The notes: a model not told the origin generated them from the letters alone. DNA of 64,000 nt from an uncultured Prevotellaceae bacterium (GCA_900318865.1 ONMF01000009.1:25042-89041), one strand, 5' to 3'; counted from the stretch's first letter, positions 50,981-59,420 are shown. Program-made: numbers and translations.

Positions 50981-51949
50981 TTAATATATTATGGTTTCTG
51001 AATGTGGGTTATGCCGTTCAAGATTATAGGAGGCAGATAGGGGTGATGTGTTGGCATAACAATACTTGCAACCATGTGCACATGTGTTATAACTGCCAAT
51101 GTCTTTTGCCAGAATGCATCCGCACATCTTGCGTTGGCCGGTGTCCTTTCTTGCTGAATAGAGGAACTGTTGCAATGCCGCATCGTCGGGTGAGAGACGT
51201 GCTATGAGCTCGGGATCAATGCAACGGTTATGCTCGATGCCATACTGTTCCAGCGCTATCTCCTCGGCACATGTGGCAAGCGTCAAGTTCCACTTATCTC
51301 GATTCAGCGCGCTTAGTTTTTGAGCAAAATCGTTCATTGCTGTCGCGTCCCATTCAAGATAATTCACATGACATTGCTGCAAGTTTCGTTTCACTCTTGG
51401 GTATGTGGCTATATCGGCGAAACTGAAAACCAACTTCTCTGTATATCTGTGAAGTTGCTCTCCGATATAATAAATTCTTTCAAGCAATTTGTCGGTAGAT
51501 ATTTCATCAGTGAGCAAGAGTGGGTCAAAACGCCAAATCACACCGCCTTTTCCCAATTGCTCCACCAATTTTTTAAAACTCTCTATGCGCTCGTCCAAAG
51601 CTGGAACATTTGGCTCTATTCCCTCGGCCTCATAGTCGTTAAGCGTGAACTGGATGTAGCACCCAATCCCTCGCTCTTTGAGCTTATCGAGAAAAGGGAG
51701 GAGAGGCTTAGGATTCTTCGACCAGAAGACAATGAATCGCGTGTTGGCAAATGAAACATAACTATCTGCTCCATTAAACGGGTTGCGCCACCGTGCGTAG
51801 CCCTTTTCAAGCCGATTAAAGAACCAATCGCTATAGAATGCCGGCACATCGGTAGCCCGGCTTGCCGAGATGATGACGGGAGCCTGAGCCTTGACCCTCT
51901 CTCTGCCAGCTGTGACGATTTCGATATGTAGATGCTTTGATGCTGCCAT
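50981..51949 (-). CDS. DUF1848 family protein
   Basis: IISASRATDVPAFYSDWF, IVFWSKNP, QFTLNDY, WRFDP and C-terminal DIGSYNTCAHGCKYCYAN. Confidence 0.9.
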   Translation of the reverse strand: MAASKHLHIEIVTAGRERVKAQAPVIISASRATDVPAFYSDWFFNRLEKGYARWRNPFNGADSYVSFANTRFIVFWSKNPKPLLPFLDKLKERGIGCYIQFTLNDYEAEGIEPNVPALDERIESFKKLVEQLGKGGVIWRFDPLLLTDEISTDKLLERIYYIGEQLHRYTEKLVFSFADIATYPRVKRNLQQCHVNYLEWDATAMNDFAQKLSALNRDKWNLTLATCAEEIALEQYGIEHNRCIDPELIARLSPDDAALQQFLYSARKDTGQRKMCGCILAKDIGSYNTCAHGCKYCYANTSPLSASYNLERHNPHSETIIY

Positions 51950-52195
51950 AGGATATGTTGCAAAAGTACAATATTATCATGATAAAACGTTTCATTTTCC
52001 ATGCTAATCTTTATTTTGGTGCAAAATTAATGAATGAAGAAATCATTGTCAATGCCAAAAAAGAGTTTTGTTCTTATGCGTAGTAGGCTTATTAACAGAT
52101 AGATATAAAACTGCCGGAATCGAGATGCTTATGTAATATGCTGATAATTAATAATATGATGTCGCCGAATTTAACATATAGGTATAGGCGCTCTT

Positions 52196-52522
52196 GTCGT
52201 GGGTGGATTCAAGCACCGACTTCCATTCGCAGAAGATATTGAACGCGCCCATAAGCAGCGTGAAGAACGGTGCCGACAGCACGAACGATGTCAGCACGTC
52301 GATGCAGGAAAGACACAGCATGGGGAGAAAGTATTTGGTGGCTTTCTCCGTGGTCATTTTCAATGCCCTGCTGGTTGTGACTTTCCCTGCGAGTTTGGCC
52401 TTGCGCAGTCCGGCGATGAAATCGACGGCCATTGCCAGAATGACGGCGATGTAGGCGATTGCGAGCCACACGGCATGAATGTGCAGTGAGGCGTTTTTGA
52501 GTGTTTCGACTAAAAATTCCAT
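52196..52522 (-). pseudogene. 3'-truncated phage holin-like gene
   Basis: AMAVDFIAGLRKAK..G...SRALKMT..KA.KYF..L....ID...CEWKSV.E pattern of Bacteroidales phage holins; coding-like GC ends abruptly after ESTHDK and runs into AT-rich sequence. Confidence 0.6.
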
Positions 52523-52531
52523 AGAATTTGA

Positions 52532-52559
52532 TGAGTGATTAGTGGTGAGTGATGAGTGA
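52532..52559. repeat. 4 x 7-bp tandem repeat in the holin 5' UTR
   Basis: TGAGTGA TTAGTGG TGAGTGA TGAGTGA. Confidence 0.75.
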
Positions 52560-52568
52560 TTTTTGTCA

Positions 52569-52604
52569 CAAAGGTCACTCAAAGAAACCAGACTACAAAA
52601 GACA
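52569..52604 (-). promoter_or_regulatory. Island promoter motif copy 1 (TGTCTTTT-N20-GACCTTTG)
   Basis: Exact 20-nt spacing, upstream of the holin stub. Confidence 0.6.
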
Positions 52605-52605
52605 A

Positions 52606-52636
52606 GAAAAACGCACCTCCCGAAAGAGATGCGTCC
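52606..52636 (-). terminator. Terminator of the ECF/beta-barrel cassette
   Basis: GACGCATCTC-TTTCG-GGAGGTGCGT-TTTTT, running directly into the TGTCTTTT motif. Confidence 0.65.
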
Positions 52637-52658
52637 TCAAAATGTATGTGAAGCAGGG

Positions 52659-54809
52659 TCAATAGGAGCGGTTGGATTCTCGCTCTTTGGTGTCGCGATA
52701 GACGTTGTTCACTTTGTTGCTACCGAATGAGTAGGAAACACGCAGCGAGACTGCATGGCTGTGGATGTTATTACGGGCATAGATGCTATAGCCGTTATAC
52801 AGAGCGGTTGATTTCGTGATGTTCCACCCGAAGGGGTCGCTAACGGCGGCTGTAAGCGTCAGACGATTGTCGAGGAGCATATAGCGTAGCTCAAAGCTTA
52901 TCAACGACATGGACTCAAACCGCAACATGCGCTCATGATAGGGGAAATAATGGCTGAACCGGGCGTTGAAGATAAGCGTCTTTGCGCGATTGAGCATCCA
53001 TGACGAGTTAAGCTCAATCTTGCCGCTCCAACTGCTGTCGTCGCCATCTTTGAAATCGGCGATTTTTGATTTTGCCTGTGTGTTGAATACCTCGCCACCT
53101 GCATTCACGTTCCACCAATCGAAGATTGAACGGTAGTAGGAAGCGTAAAGTCCCACTTTGTTGTTGTCGATGCAGTTCTCGGGAATTGAGTGTTGTGAGC
53201 CATCTGTATTGAACCGCGTTACATAAGCAATCGAATTGCGATTATAGGAGTTGTACAGCACTGCATAGAAGCCCTTGAAGCTATAGCTCAGCTCGGCGTT
53301 GTGTGCAATACTTGGCTTAAGGTCGGGATTGCCCGACACATAGTCGCTCGTCGTGGTGTGATAGCGGAAAGGATTGAGGTCGCCGAAGTTCGGCCGAGTG
53401 ATGCCCATAGAATATGACAATGAGAAACGCCCAATGCGTTGATTGTTCCAACTGATGTTCAGCGAAGGGAACAGATAGCCGTAATTGTTGTTATGCTTCT
53501 CATCGCCCATTAACTGACGCCCTTTCACATTGGTATGCTCGTAACGTAATCCGAGTTTTCCGAAAAATGAGTTACTAAAACTCTTTTCGGCACTGGCGTA
53601 AGCTGCAATGGTGTTCTCTTTGTAGTCAAAGGCGTTGCTCTGCGATGGATCGTAAGCCCATCGCGAACCATTGTAAGTCCCGGCGGTCATGGCTGTGTTA
53701 TTACCGATTGTGGTGTAAACCATGCCGGTTTCCATCTTGAATGCGTCGAATGGTAGGGTGGCATCCAGTTTCACAGAATGGATGTGATACTTGTTGTGCC
53801 CGTCATTAGTCAAGCGTGTCGAGCCTCCATCCCAAGTCGTGGTCACATCAGAGAACGACTTGGTTGACTTGTTGAACCAGTTGTAGGTGAGGCTTAATAT
53901 CTTGCCCTTTTCATCAAGTTGCCAATCGGCAAAAGTCGTCAATGTGACGGCATTGTTGGGCCGTGACGGCGAATCATTGTTTGAACTGAATATGTGACCA
54001 TTGTCGTTAGTGACATCGCTTAATTTGCTGTTCATTCTGCTCGTGCTGAAATTGGCTATGCCCCCCACCGCAATTCGGTCGGTGAATTTGTACTTAAAAA
54101 GTCCGTTCAAGCCAAATGCGCGATTGGTGAAATGCGTACTTCGCTTTGAGGCCTTAACATGATCGCTGAAAGTGAAAGTGCGGTCAAGGTCGTTTATGCC
54201 TCGGTTGTCATTCCAGTTTGCGTCAACCGAAAGTTCAACTTTGCGATTGGTATGCGACAAACTGCCCCCCAGCATGTAGCTGAAGTCCTCACGTGCGATG
54301 CCGCGCCCCCACACGTTGCCCCGCGTGCCGAGCGACTCATTGCGCGTGGTGATGCTGATGAACGCCACATTGGTCGCGGCGGCATATTTCGCCGGTGGAG
54401 TGGTGAGCACCTCAATCTTCTCGATGCCCGTTGCTTGTAAGTTCTTCAGCTGCATGGCAATGGCATCGTCGGGCATCTCCAAAAGGCGACCGTCGACGAT
54501 GTAGCGCACCGACGACTTGCCGGCAACAGTCACGGCGTCGCCTTCGACCGTAACACGGGGAATGCGGTCAAGCACCTCGATGCCGTTCAACCCCTTGACG
54601 AACTCGTCATTCTTGGTGAGATAGACGATGCGGTCGGGGGCCTGCTTGAGCACCGTGCGGTGCCCTACTACCACCACTTCGTTCAATTCCAGCACTTTAT
54701 CCCAGTAGTTGGCAATGGAGTCAATGGCTGTTGAGTCATTGTTTTCCTGTGCAAAAAGGGACGTAGGAAGTATAGCCATCAACAAGATGGCTTTCAATGG
54801 TTTGTTCAT
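52659..54809 (-). CDS. Outer-membrane beta-barrel (TonB-dependent receptor-like, OMP_b-brl_3 type)
   Basis: Signal peptide, LNEVVVVGHR, plug motif LDRIPRVTV..IEKIEVLTTPPAKY.A, RP.FGDLNPF, GNPDLKP and C-terminal RVSYSFG. Confidence 0.85.
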   Translation of the reverse strand: MNKPLKAILLMAILPTSLFAQENNDSTAIDSIANYWDKVLELNEVVVVGHRTVLKQAPDRIVYLTKNDEFVKGLNGIEVLDRIPRVTVEGDAVTVAGKSSVRYIVDGRLLEMPDDAIAMQLKNLQATGIEKIEVLTTPPAKYAAATNVAFISITTRNESLGTRGNVWGRGIAREDFSYMLGGSLSHTNRKVELSVDANWNDNRGINDLDRTFTFSDHVKASKRSTHFTNRAFGLNGLFKYKFTDRIAVGGIANFSTSRMNSKLSDVTNDNGHIFSSNNDSPSRPNNAVTLTTFADWQLDEKGKILSLTYNWFNKSTKSFSDVTTTWDGGSTRLTNDGHNKYHIHSVKLDATLPFDAFKMETGMVYTTIGNNTAMTAGTYNGSRWAYDPSQSNAFDYKENTIAAYASAEKSFSNSFFGKLGLRYEHTNVKGRQLMGDEKHNNNYGYLFPSLNISWNNQRIGRFSLSYSMGITRPNFGDLNPFRYHTTTSDYVSGNPDLKPSIAHNAELSYSFKGFYAVLYNSYNRNSIAYVTRFNTDGSQHSIPENCIDNNKVGLYASYYRSIFDWWNVNAGGEVFNTQAKSKIADFKDGDDSSWSGKIELNSSWMLNRAKTLIFNARFSHYFPYHERMLRFESMSLISFELRYMLLDNRLTLTAAVSDPFGWNITKSTALYNGYSIYARNNIHSHAVSLRVSYSFGSNKVNNVYRDTKERESNRSY

Positions 54810-54826
54810 AATGATTTATTGATTAG

Positions 54827-55210
54827 TTATTTGAATGCTTTTTCTTTGCCTTGAATGAAGAAGAAAGCTCCGCCATGCTTGTCGCGTTGCAGGCCAATGT
54901 AGATGAGTTCGCCGTTGTTGACAATCTGGAGCGACATGTACTGCCCGTCAGCTCCATTGTAATCAGAGTATTCTTTTGCTTTTGGCGCATCTTTCGAGAT
55001 GGCTTCAGCAATTTTCTTGACAATACCAGGGTTGTTCTTTACTGTCAGTCCGCGATAGTAGTTGCCATTGTTTTTGTAGATTGAAATGGTGACACTCTTG
55101 TTGTCGTTGTATCGGCCATCAAACAGGCTCTCAACGTTCAGCTTCGGTGGGTTGGCATAGACCGCCAAAGCTGTAACTATGCACGTGATTATGATGATTA
55201 AACGTTTCAT
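54827..55210 (-). CDS. Small secreted hypothetical protein
   Basis: Signal peptide; the start overlaps the upstream stop codon (TAATG). Confidence 0.75.
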   Translation of the reverse strand: MKRLIIIITCIVTALAVYANPPKLNVESLFDGRYNDNKSVTISIYKNNGNYYRGLTVKNNPGIVKKIAEAISKDAPKAKEYSDYNGADGQYMSLQIVNNGELIYIGLQRDKHGGAFFFIQGKEKAFK

Positions 55211-55602
55211 TACTGTTGGGATTTATGTTGCATGAATTGATTTACTTTCTCTTGTTCAGAGGCATTTTGCTGTGCCACAGTGCGCATGAATTGCTCCATC
55301 CTTGCGACATCGGCTTCGGCAATCGACTGCGCTTCATCGCCACTGGTTTTCTGCCCTGCGACATATACGACACACTCGCGGCCGCACGATGTGGCAACAG
55401 CCCCTTTGCCATTGAAAAGCATTGCCGCTCCAACAATCAGCACTATGCAAGCTGCCGCCGCGGCACTCCGAAACCAGATTGTGCCCTTGTGTTTTTGAGC
55501 AGAGACGGCGCGGACTCGTTGGCGCAGCGCCAGTGACGCGCCGATTGAACGTCTCGGCCTCAATAATTCTTTTATGTCTTGATATTCATCCATATCGGTC
55601 AT
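55210..55602 (-). CDS. Putative single-pass anti-sigma factor
   Basis: Short cytoplasmic N-terminus and one TM (AAAAACIVLIVGAAMLF); ATGA-coupled to the ECF sigma gene. Confidence 0.65.
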   Translation of the reverse strand: MTDMDEYQDIKELLRPRRSIGASLALRQRVRAVSAQKHKGTIWFRSAAAAACIVLIVGAAMLFNGKGAVATSCGRECVVYVAGQKTSGDEAQSIAEADVARMEQFMRTVAQQNASEQEKVNQFMQHKSQQ

Positions 55603-56102
55603 TGATTATTGGTGAAATACTTTTCTCGCAGCTTTTTCATTCCCGCATAAAACCGTGATTTTGCTGTTGATTGTGGCAGACTGAGTATGTGGCTTATCTC
55701 CACAAACGAGAGTTCGTCAACCACTTTCATTCTCACAATCTCGGCCTCATTAGGCGGCAAGTCGTCCAGCAGGTTGTTGATGCGGTCAATCTCCTCTTGT
55801 TCAAGTCGCTCATCCGGCTCGTCGGCCAACTCAATGCTGTCAAGAGGGACAGTTGGGAGACGCTTTCTCCTGAACTCATCCCGGCACAAGTTGTAAACGA
55901 TTTTGAACAAGTAGCACCTCGTAGCGTTAACCTTTTCTCTGTTTTCAAGCAGGCGCACCACGGCCTCACACACAATATCTTCTGCCATAGGGCGGTCGCA
56001 CGTGCGGAAGTAGGCAAACCTTACCAGCGCGTCAAGGTTCGCCTCAATCACTTCGTCAATATGTCTACGTCTGCTGCCAAACATAATCTCCTGAACACTC
56101 AT
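55599..56102 (-). CDS. ECF-type RNA polymerase sigma factor
   Basis: Region 2 (AEDIV.EA..RL...YLFKIVYNLCRD) and region 4 (LP..EAEIV.M....ELSF.EIS.IL..P.ST.KSR). Confidence 0.9.
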   Translation of the reverse strand: MSVQEIMFGSRRRHIDEVIEANLDALVRFAYFRTCDRPMAEDIVCEAVVRLLENREKVNATRCYLFKIVYNLCRDEFRRKRLPTVPLDSIELADEPDERLEQEEIDRINNLLDDLPPNEAEIVRMKVVDELSFVEISHILSLPQSTAKSRFYAGMKKLREKYFTNNQ

Positions 56103-56225
56103 TCGGCGTTCCACTATATAAGACGCAAAAATACGAAAATCGCCGAAAAGAAGTGAGGAAAAATCTGTCGCGAGGTATTATGTCGCTTAATATTTGAAAA
56201 TTTGCAACCAGAAAACGAACAGATT

Positions 56226-56336
56226 ATGGCAGATCAGATTAACAACGAATTAGTGAGCGGTGGTGAATATTCGCTGTTCCGCGACGACATATTGAAACGC
56301 ATCCGCAGTGCCCAATATGAGGCCTTGCGTGCGGCT
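56226..56336 (+). pseudogene. N-terminal stub of a DUF1016 (YhcG/PDDEXK) gene
   Basis: EYSLFRDDILKRIRSAQYEALRA matches the DUF1016 N-terminal helix; similarity ends at about codon 37. Confidence 0.6.
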
Positions 56337-56380
56337 TTCTTCTTGTGTGCGCTCTCCTGCGCTCTCGCTCGGCTCATCGC

Positions 56381-56445
56381 AACAATCGTGCAAACCGAAT
56401 GCAGAGTCAAGCTTGCTTGAACTATGCTAAGAGGCGCAGCCGATT
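56381..56445 (+). repeat. Short palindromic dispersed repeat (REP/MITE-like)
   Basis: AAC[AATCGTGCAAACCGAATGCAGAGTCAAGCTTGCTTGAACTATGCTAAGAGGCGCAGCCGATT]AAC: AATCG/CGATT ends, internal hairpin and a possible AAC direct repeat. Confidence 0.6.
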
Positions 56446-56463
56446 AACGCGAAATTTATTTCG

Positions 56464-56499
56464 CAAGAGTAGATTGCTACGGTGGCTCGGCAAAAGACA
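56464..56499 (-). promoter_or_regulatory. Island promoter motif copy 2 (TGTCTTTT-N20-TACTCTTG)
   Basis: Exact 20-nt spacing, just downstream of the DUF3667 stop. Confidence 0.55.
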
Positions 56500-56517
56500 C
56501 CGTTTACTTCATGATTT

Positions 56518-57546
56518 TCACGGATGCTGTGTTTCGTGAGGCTCGTCCGCTTGATTCACAGTGGAAGTGGCGGGCTTGGAGCGTCGATGGTCAATGTGCC
56601 ATGCTATCGGCAGCCCAATGCCGACTAGCACCAGGATGAACAAGCCGAAGGCGATGGCGCCAAGCACCTGGTTGCTCATGGCTTTTGTCGTCCATAGCCT
56701 GTGTCCAACCAATTCGATAATCAAGGCTGAGAACATCAATAGCACCCCGTTCCACCACACCGCAACTATTCGCCACAATGTGCCCCACACGCTGTAGCCA
56801 AATAGCTGATAATAACTGCGAAACCACACCAGCCCCAGCATTATCAGCAAGATCAATGTCATCGATGCCGGGTGACCGTTGGGCAACACGACCGAGGTCA
56901 GCAATCGCCATACGCTCATCTGCACGCCTATAAACACCTGGATGAAAAAGCTCTCGGGCAGCGTGTGGCGGTTGCATCGTGGCGACTCGCGACAGATGAG
57001 GTAGGTGGGAACGATGAAAAACGAGAGCATAATCAACGTTGCCCATGCAGGATTATCTTTAAGCCAGTTGATGGTGATGACGGTGATGTTAAAAATACTG
57101 ATACTGTCGTCACTGATGTCGATCTTAGTCTCTGCTTGCGTGACGCCAAAGATGTTCTCAACCAGCAGGATGATGACGGTGACGAAAAACAACATCTTGA
57201 CTGGCGGAAAACTCACCTGCCGCTTTCCGCTGATGTAGTCGGCAATGAAGTAGCCCGGTCGCAGCATCAGTTGCCAGATGGAGTAAGGCATGGAGCGTGT
57301 GCCCATGCCCCAAAGGTCGAGCGCGCTCTCGCGCACGGCGCCCCAGGTGATATGTTGCTGGCCGGTCTTCTGGCCGCACACAGGGCAGTAGTTGCCCTCG
57401 TACTCGTAGCCGCAGCATGCACAGGTGTGGCCGGTCGACTCCTTGACCTTGAACTCGGAACCATTCTGCTTCCAAGATTGAAAGCGCATGTAGTGTTCTT
57501 TGATGGTTGGTTGTAAGCGTGTGTATCGTTCTTTGATATTTGACAT
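56518..57546 (-). CDS. DUF3667 membrane protein
   Basis: C..CG..YEGNYCP.CGQK zinc knuckle, LMLRPG..I.DYISGKR..FPPVKM and multiple TM helices. Confidence 0.85.
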   Translation of the reverse strand: MSNIKERYTRLQPTIKEHYMRFQSWKQNGSEFKVKESTGHTCACCGYEYEGNYCPVCGQKTGQQHITWGAVRESALDLWGMGTRSMPYSIWQLMLRPGYFIADYISGKRQVSFPPVKMLFFVTVIILLVENIFGVTQAETKIDISDDSISIFNITVITINWLKDNPAWATLIMLSFFIVPTYLICRESPRCNRHTLPESFFIQVFIGVQMSVWRLLTSVVLPNGHPASMTLILLIMLGLVWFRSYYQLFGYSVWGTLWRIVAVWWNGVLLMFSALIIELVGHRLWTTKAMSNQVLGAIAFGLFILVLVGIGLPIAWHIDHRRSKPATSTVNQADEPHETQHP

Positions 57547-57636
57547 AAAACAATCAATTTTGAGCTACAAAAATAATATTTTTTTGCCAACTCACGCGCA
57601 GTACCCCGTGCTGCAAACTTTGTCGAGCTGAAGGTT

Positions 57637-57712
57637 CGGGCGAGATGGACTCCTTTTCAGTCTCGACCCGGAAAGCGGAAACGAGTGCTGATAGTTAGTT
57701 GGTATCAATCAT
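57637..57712 (-). pseudogene. Short phage-gene stub with an internal stop (MIDTN*LSALVSAFRVETEKESISPE)
   Basis: ATG directly downstream of promoter motif copy 3. Resemblance to Bacteroidales prophage protein N-termini is from recall, not searched. Confidence 0.4.
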
Positions 57713-57740
57713 AAGAATGTAGTTTTGCTGAATTGCTGTG

Positions 57741-57776
57741 CAAAACTACATTGATTGAGTGGTAGAGCAAAAGACA
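57741..57776 (-). promoter_or_regulatory. Island promoter motif copy 3 (TGTCTTTT-N20-TAGTTTTG)
   Basis: Exact 20-nt spacing, fused to the preceding terminator. Confidence 0.62.
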
Positions 57777-57781
57777 AGAAA

Positions 57782-57805
57782 AAAGCCCACCCAAAGGTGA
57801 GCTTT
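57782..57805 (-). terminator. Terminator of the 57824-58402 cassette
   Basis: AAAGCTCACC-TTTG-GGTGGGCTTT-TTT. Confidence 0.7.
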
Positions 57806-57823
57806 ATTCTGATGATGCGTTAA

Positions 57824-58402
57824 TTATAAGTCATCCATCGCGGCATTATTCATTATAGCACCATTAATACCATCTATATATGCCAAGATCACATAGCATT
57901 TACTAACACCCTCATGGGCTAGAGACAAAGCAATCCGCCCCTTTTCAGTGTCGAAGATAGTTTTATAAGTACATCTATCAAACTTTAATTCATATAGTTT
58001 ATCACTATCATTTCTTGGTTGCACCATAGATTGAAAATTTTCTACGACCTCACTTGGTTCACCATATTTCGTTGTAAGCATTTTTTTGAGTTTAGTATAA
58101 TTCGCCTCCAACAATCCCCATTGGTCTAGTGCTGGGAACATTACGCCAACCAGATAGACTAAATCTTTTTGGTCGACAGAACTTACAAACACATAGCAGT
58201 CTTTATATCCAGCGAAATCACCTGTTAGCATGGCTTGACCATTTTCGCTTCCTAGTTTTATGAAGCCTTTTTGAGTCAGTTGCGAACTAAATTGACGAAG
58301 TGTACCATCAATTGGAATACCCTTAAATGTAAGATGCTCACTTTGAGCAAATATAGTTATGGGTAATAATAACAATATGAGAAATAATAATTTAGCTTTC
58401 AT
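57824..58402 (-). CDS. AT-rich secreted hypothetical protein (moron-like)
   Basis: Signal peptide MKAKLLFLILLLLPITIFA then QSEHLTFKGIPIDG; own TACCTTTG promoter. Confidence 0.8.
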   Translation of the reverse strand: MKAKLLFLILLLLPITIFAQSEHLTFKGIPIDGTLRQFSSQLTQKGFIKLGSENGQAMLTGDFAGYKDCYVFVSSVDQKDLVYLVGVMFPALDQWGLLEANYTKLKKMLTTKYGEPSEVVENFQSMVQPRNDSDKLYELKFDRCTYKTIFDTEKGRIALSLAHEGVSKCYVILAYIDGINGAIMNNAAMDDL

Positions 58403-58456
58403 ATTATTGGAATTATTAAATTCAGATAGTGCAAAGGTACTATAATTTTCGTAACC

Positions 58457-58868
58457 TCAGCTACTTCTCCCGAAATTTTTATCGAGGGCGTTGCTCAAAA
58501 TGCCCGTGAAAGTGGCCCCGATATTATCCTCATAGAACTCCTTGATTCGCATTGCCGAGGCGTAATACTTGCGCGAGAACCAACGGCGGCGTTTGCTTGC
58601 CGTGCCGCCAAGCCCAGTCGTTATTGCCGTAGCGGTGCAGGACTTTCAGCCCTGCCCAGCGGCAGAGGCAATAGGCTTTGACATCGGTTGCGGTGTAGCC
58701 CTGCGCGAGCAAGACGAAAACGTACCGAAGCTGCTTGTCCGATAAATCCGCGGTTTAGCGAGAGCAGAAAGAATAACGTTTTTTCTTTTTGCCAAGCGTG
58801 AGCGGATTATCTAAATCTTCCCATCTGGTGGGAAGTTTGAGGTCGATGGAGATTTTGTCTTGTTGCAT
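58457..58868 (-). pseudogene. Fusion of two phage-like gene fragments, interrupted by a 69-bp insertion
   Basis: Reconstructed N-terminal fragment MQQDKISIDLKLPTRWEDLSDKQLRYVFVLLAQGY...HGKQ joins out of frame to the C-terminal fragment KRRRWFSRKYYASAMRIKEFYEDNIGATFTGILSNALDKNFGRSS*. Confidence 0.55.
58743..58817 (+). mobile_element. 63-bp MITE/REP-like insertion flanked by a TAAATC direct repeat
   Basis: TAAATC at 58743-58748 and 58812-58817; internal AATCCGC/GCGGATT inverted repeat. Removing 58749-58817 restores the frame W-E-D-L-S-D-K-Q. Confidence 0.72.
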
Positions 58869-58890
58869 AGAAAAAGCGGTTATCGTACTG

Positions 58891-58926
58891 CGAAGGTACG
58901 GTAACCGCTTCTATGCGTAAAAGACA
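58891..58926 (-). promoter_or_regulatory. Island promoter motif copy 4 (TGTCTTTT-N20-TACCTTCG), embedded in a long inverted repeat (58865-58916)
   Basis: Exact 20-nt spacing; GCATAG..AAGCGGTTA.CGTAC/GTACG.TAACCGCTT.CTATGC. Confidence 0.58.
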
Positions 58927-59420
58927 ACGATTTGTGCCTTATCTCACAATCATGTTGAGCATCGCTCTAACTCGTTCACGCTCGGCAATGCTCATGCAAG
59001 CATGGCGTTGCTCTCACTTAATCACTCGTTTTTTGCCGTCTTCGATGACGATGCCCTTGTAGTCCTTGCCTACGGGTTGGCCCATGAGGTTGTAACGCTG
59101 GCCGCTCTTTGCGGGCGCCACGTTGATGTCCTCAACACCGGTAGCGATGGCCTCCCTGAAGGTGGCGGTCACTGCCACGGGAGCAGCCGGCATCTGGAAG
59201 GTGTAAGTGCCATTCTCACCAGGAGTGAGCTCCAATGAGCCGCCGCGCAGACGCAAGGGTGCGCCGCTCGGCTCGCCGTCGACGGTGGTCACGGTGAGGT
59301 TTTCCAACTCATAACCATCATCGGGTGTCACGGTCAGCGTCACGGTCTCGCCCTCGGCGGCGGTAGTCTTATCACATTCCACTGTGCCGTGCTCAAACGA
59401 TTCGGGCAGACTGATGGCGA
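58913..59420. repeat. ~500-bp direct repeat, copy 1 (3' coding module plus 3' UTR of the surface-protein cassette)
   Basis: Near-identical to 60992-61499 at offset 2079. Confidence 0.92.

Noticed and set aside
51099-51110. TGTCTTTTG inside DUF1848
   Set aside because: It is on the opposite strand within coding sequence (LAKDIG) and has no spaced -7 box; chance occurrence.
58540-58580. GCATTGCCGAGGCGTAA resembling the right half of the palindromic repeat
   Set aside because: It is better explained as the reverse complement of the coding fragment YYASAMRIKEF; there is no left half or hairpin.
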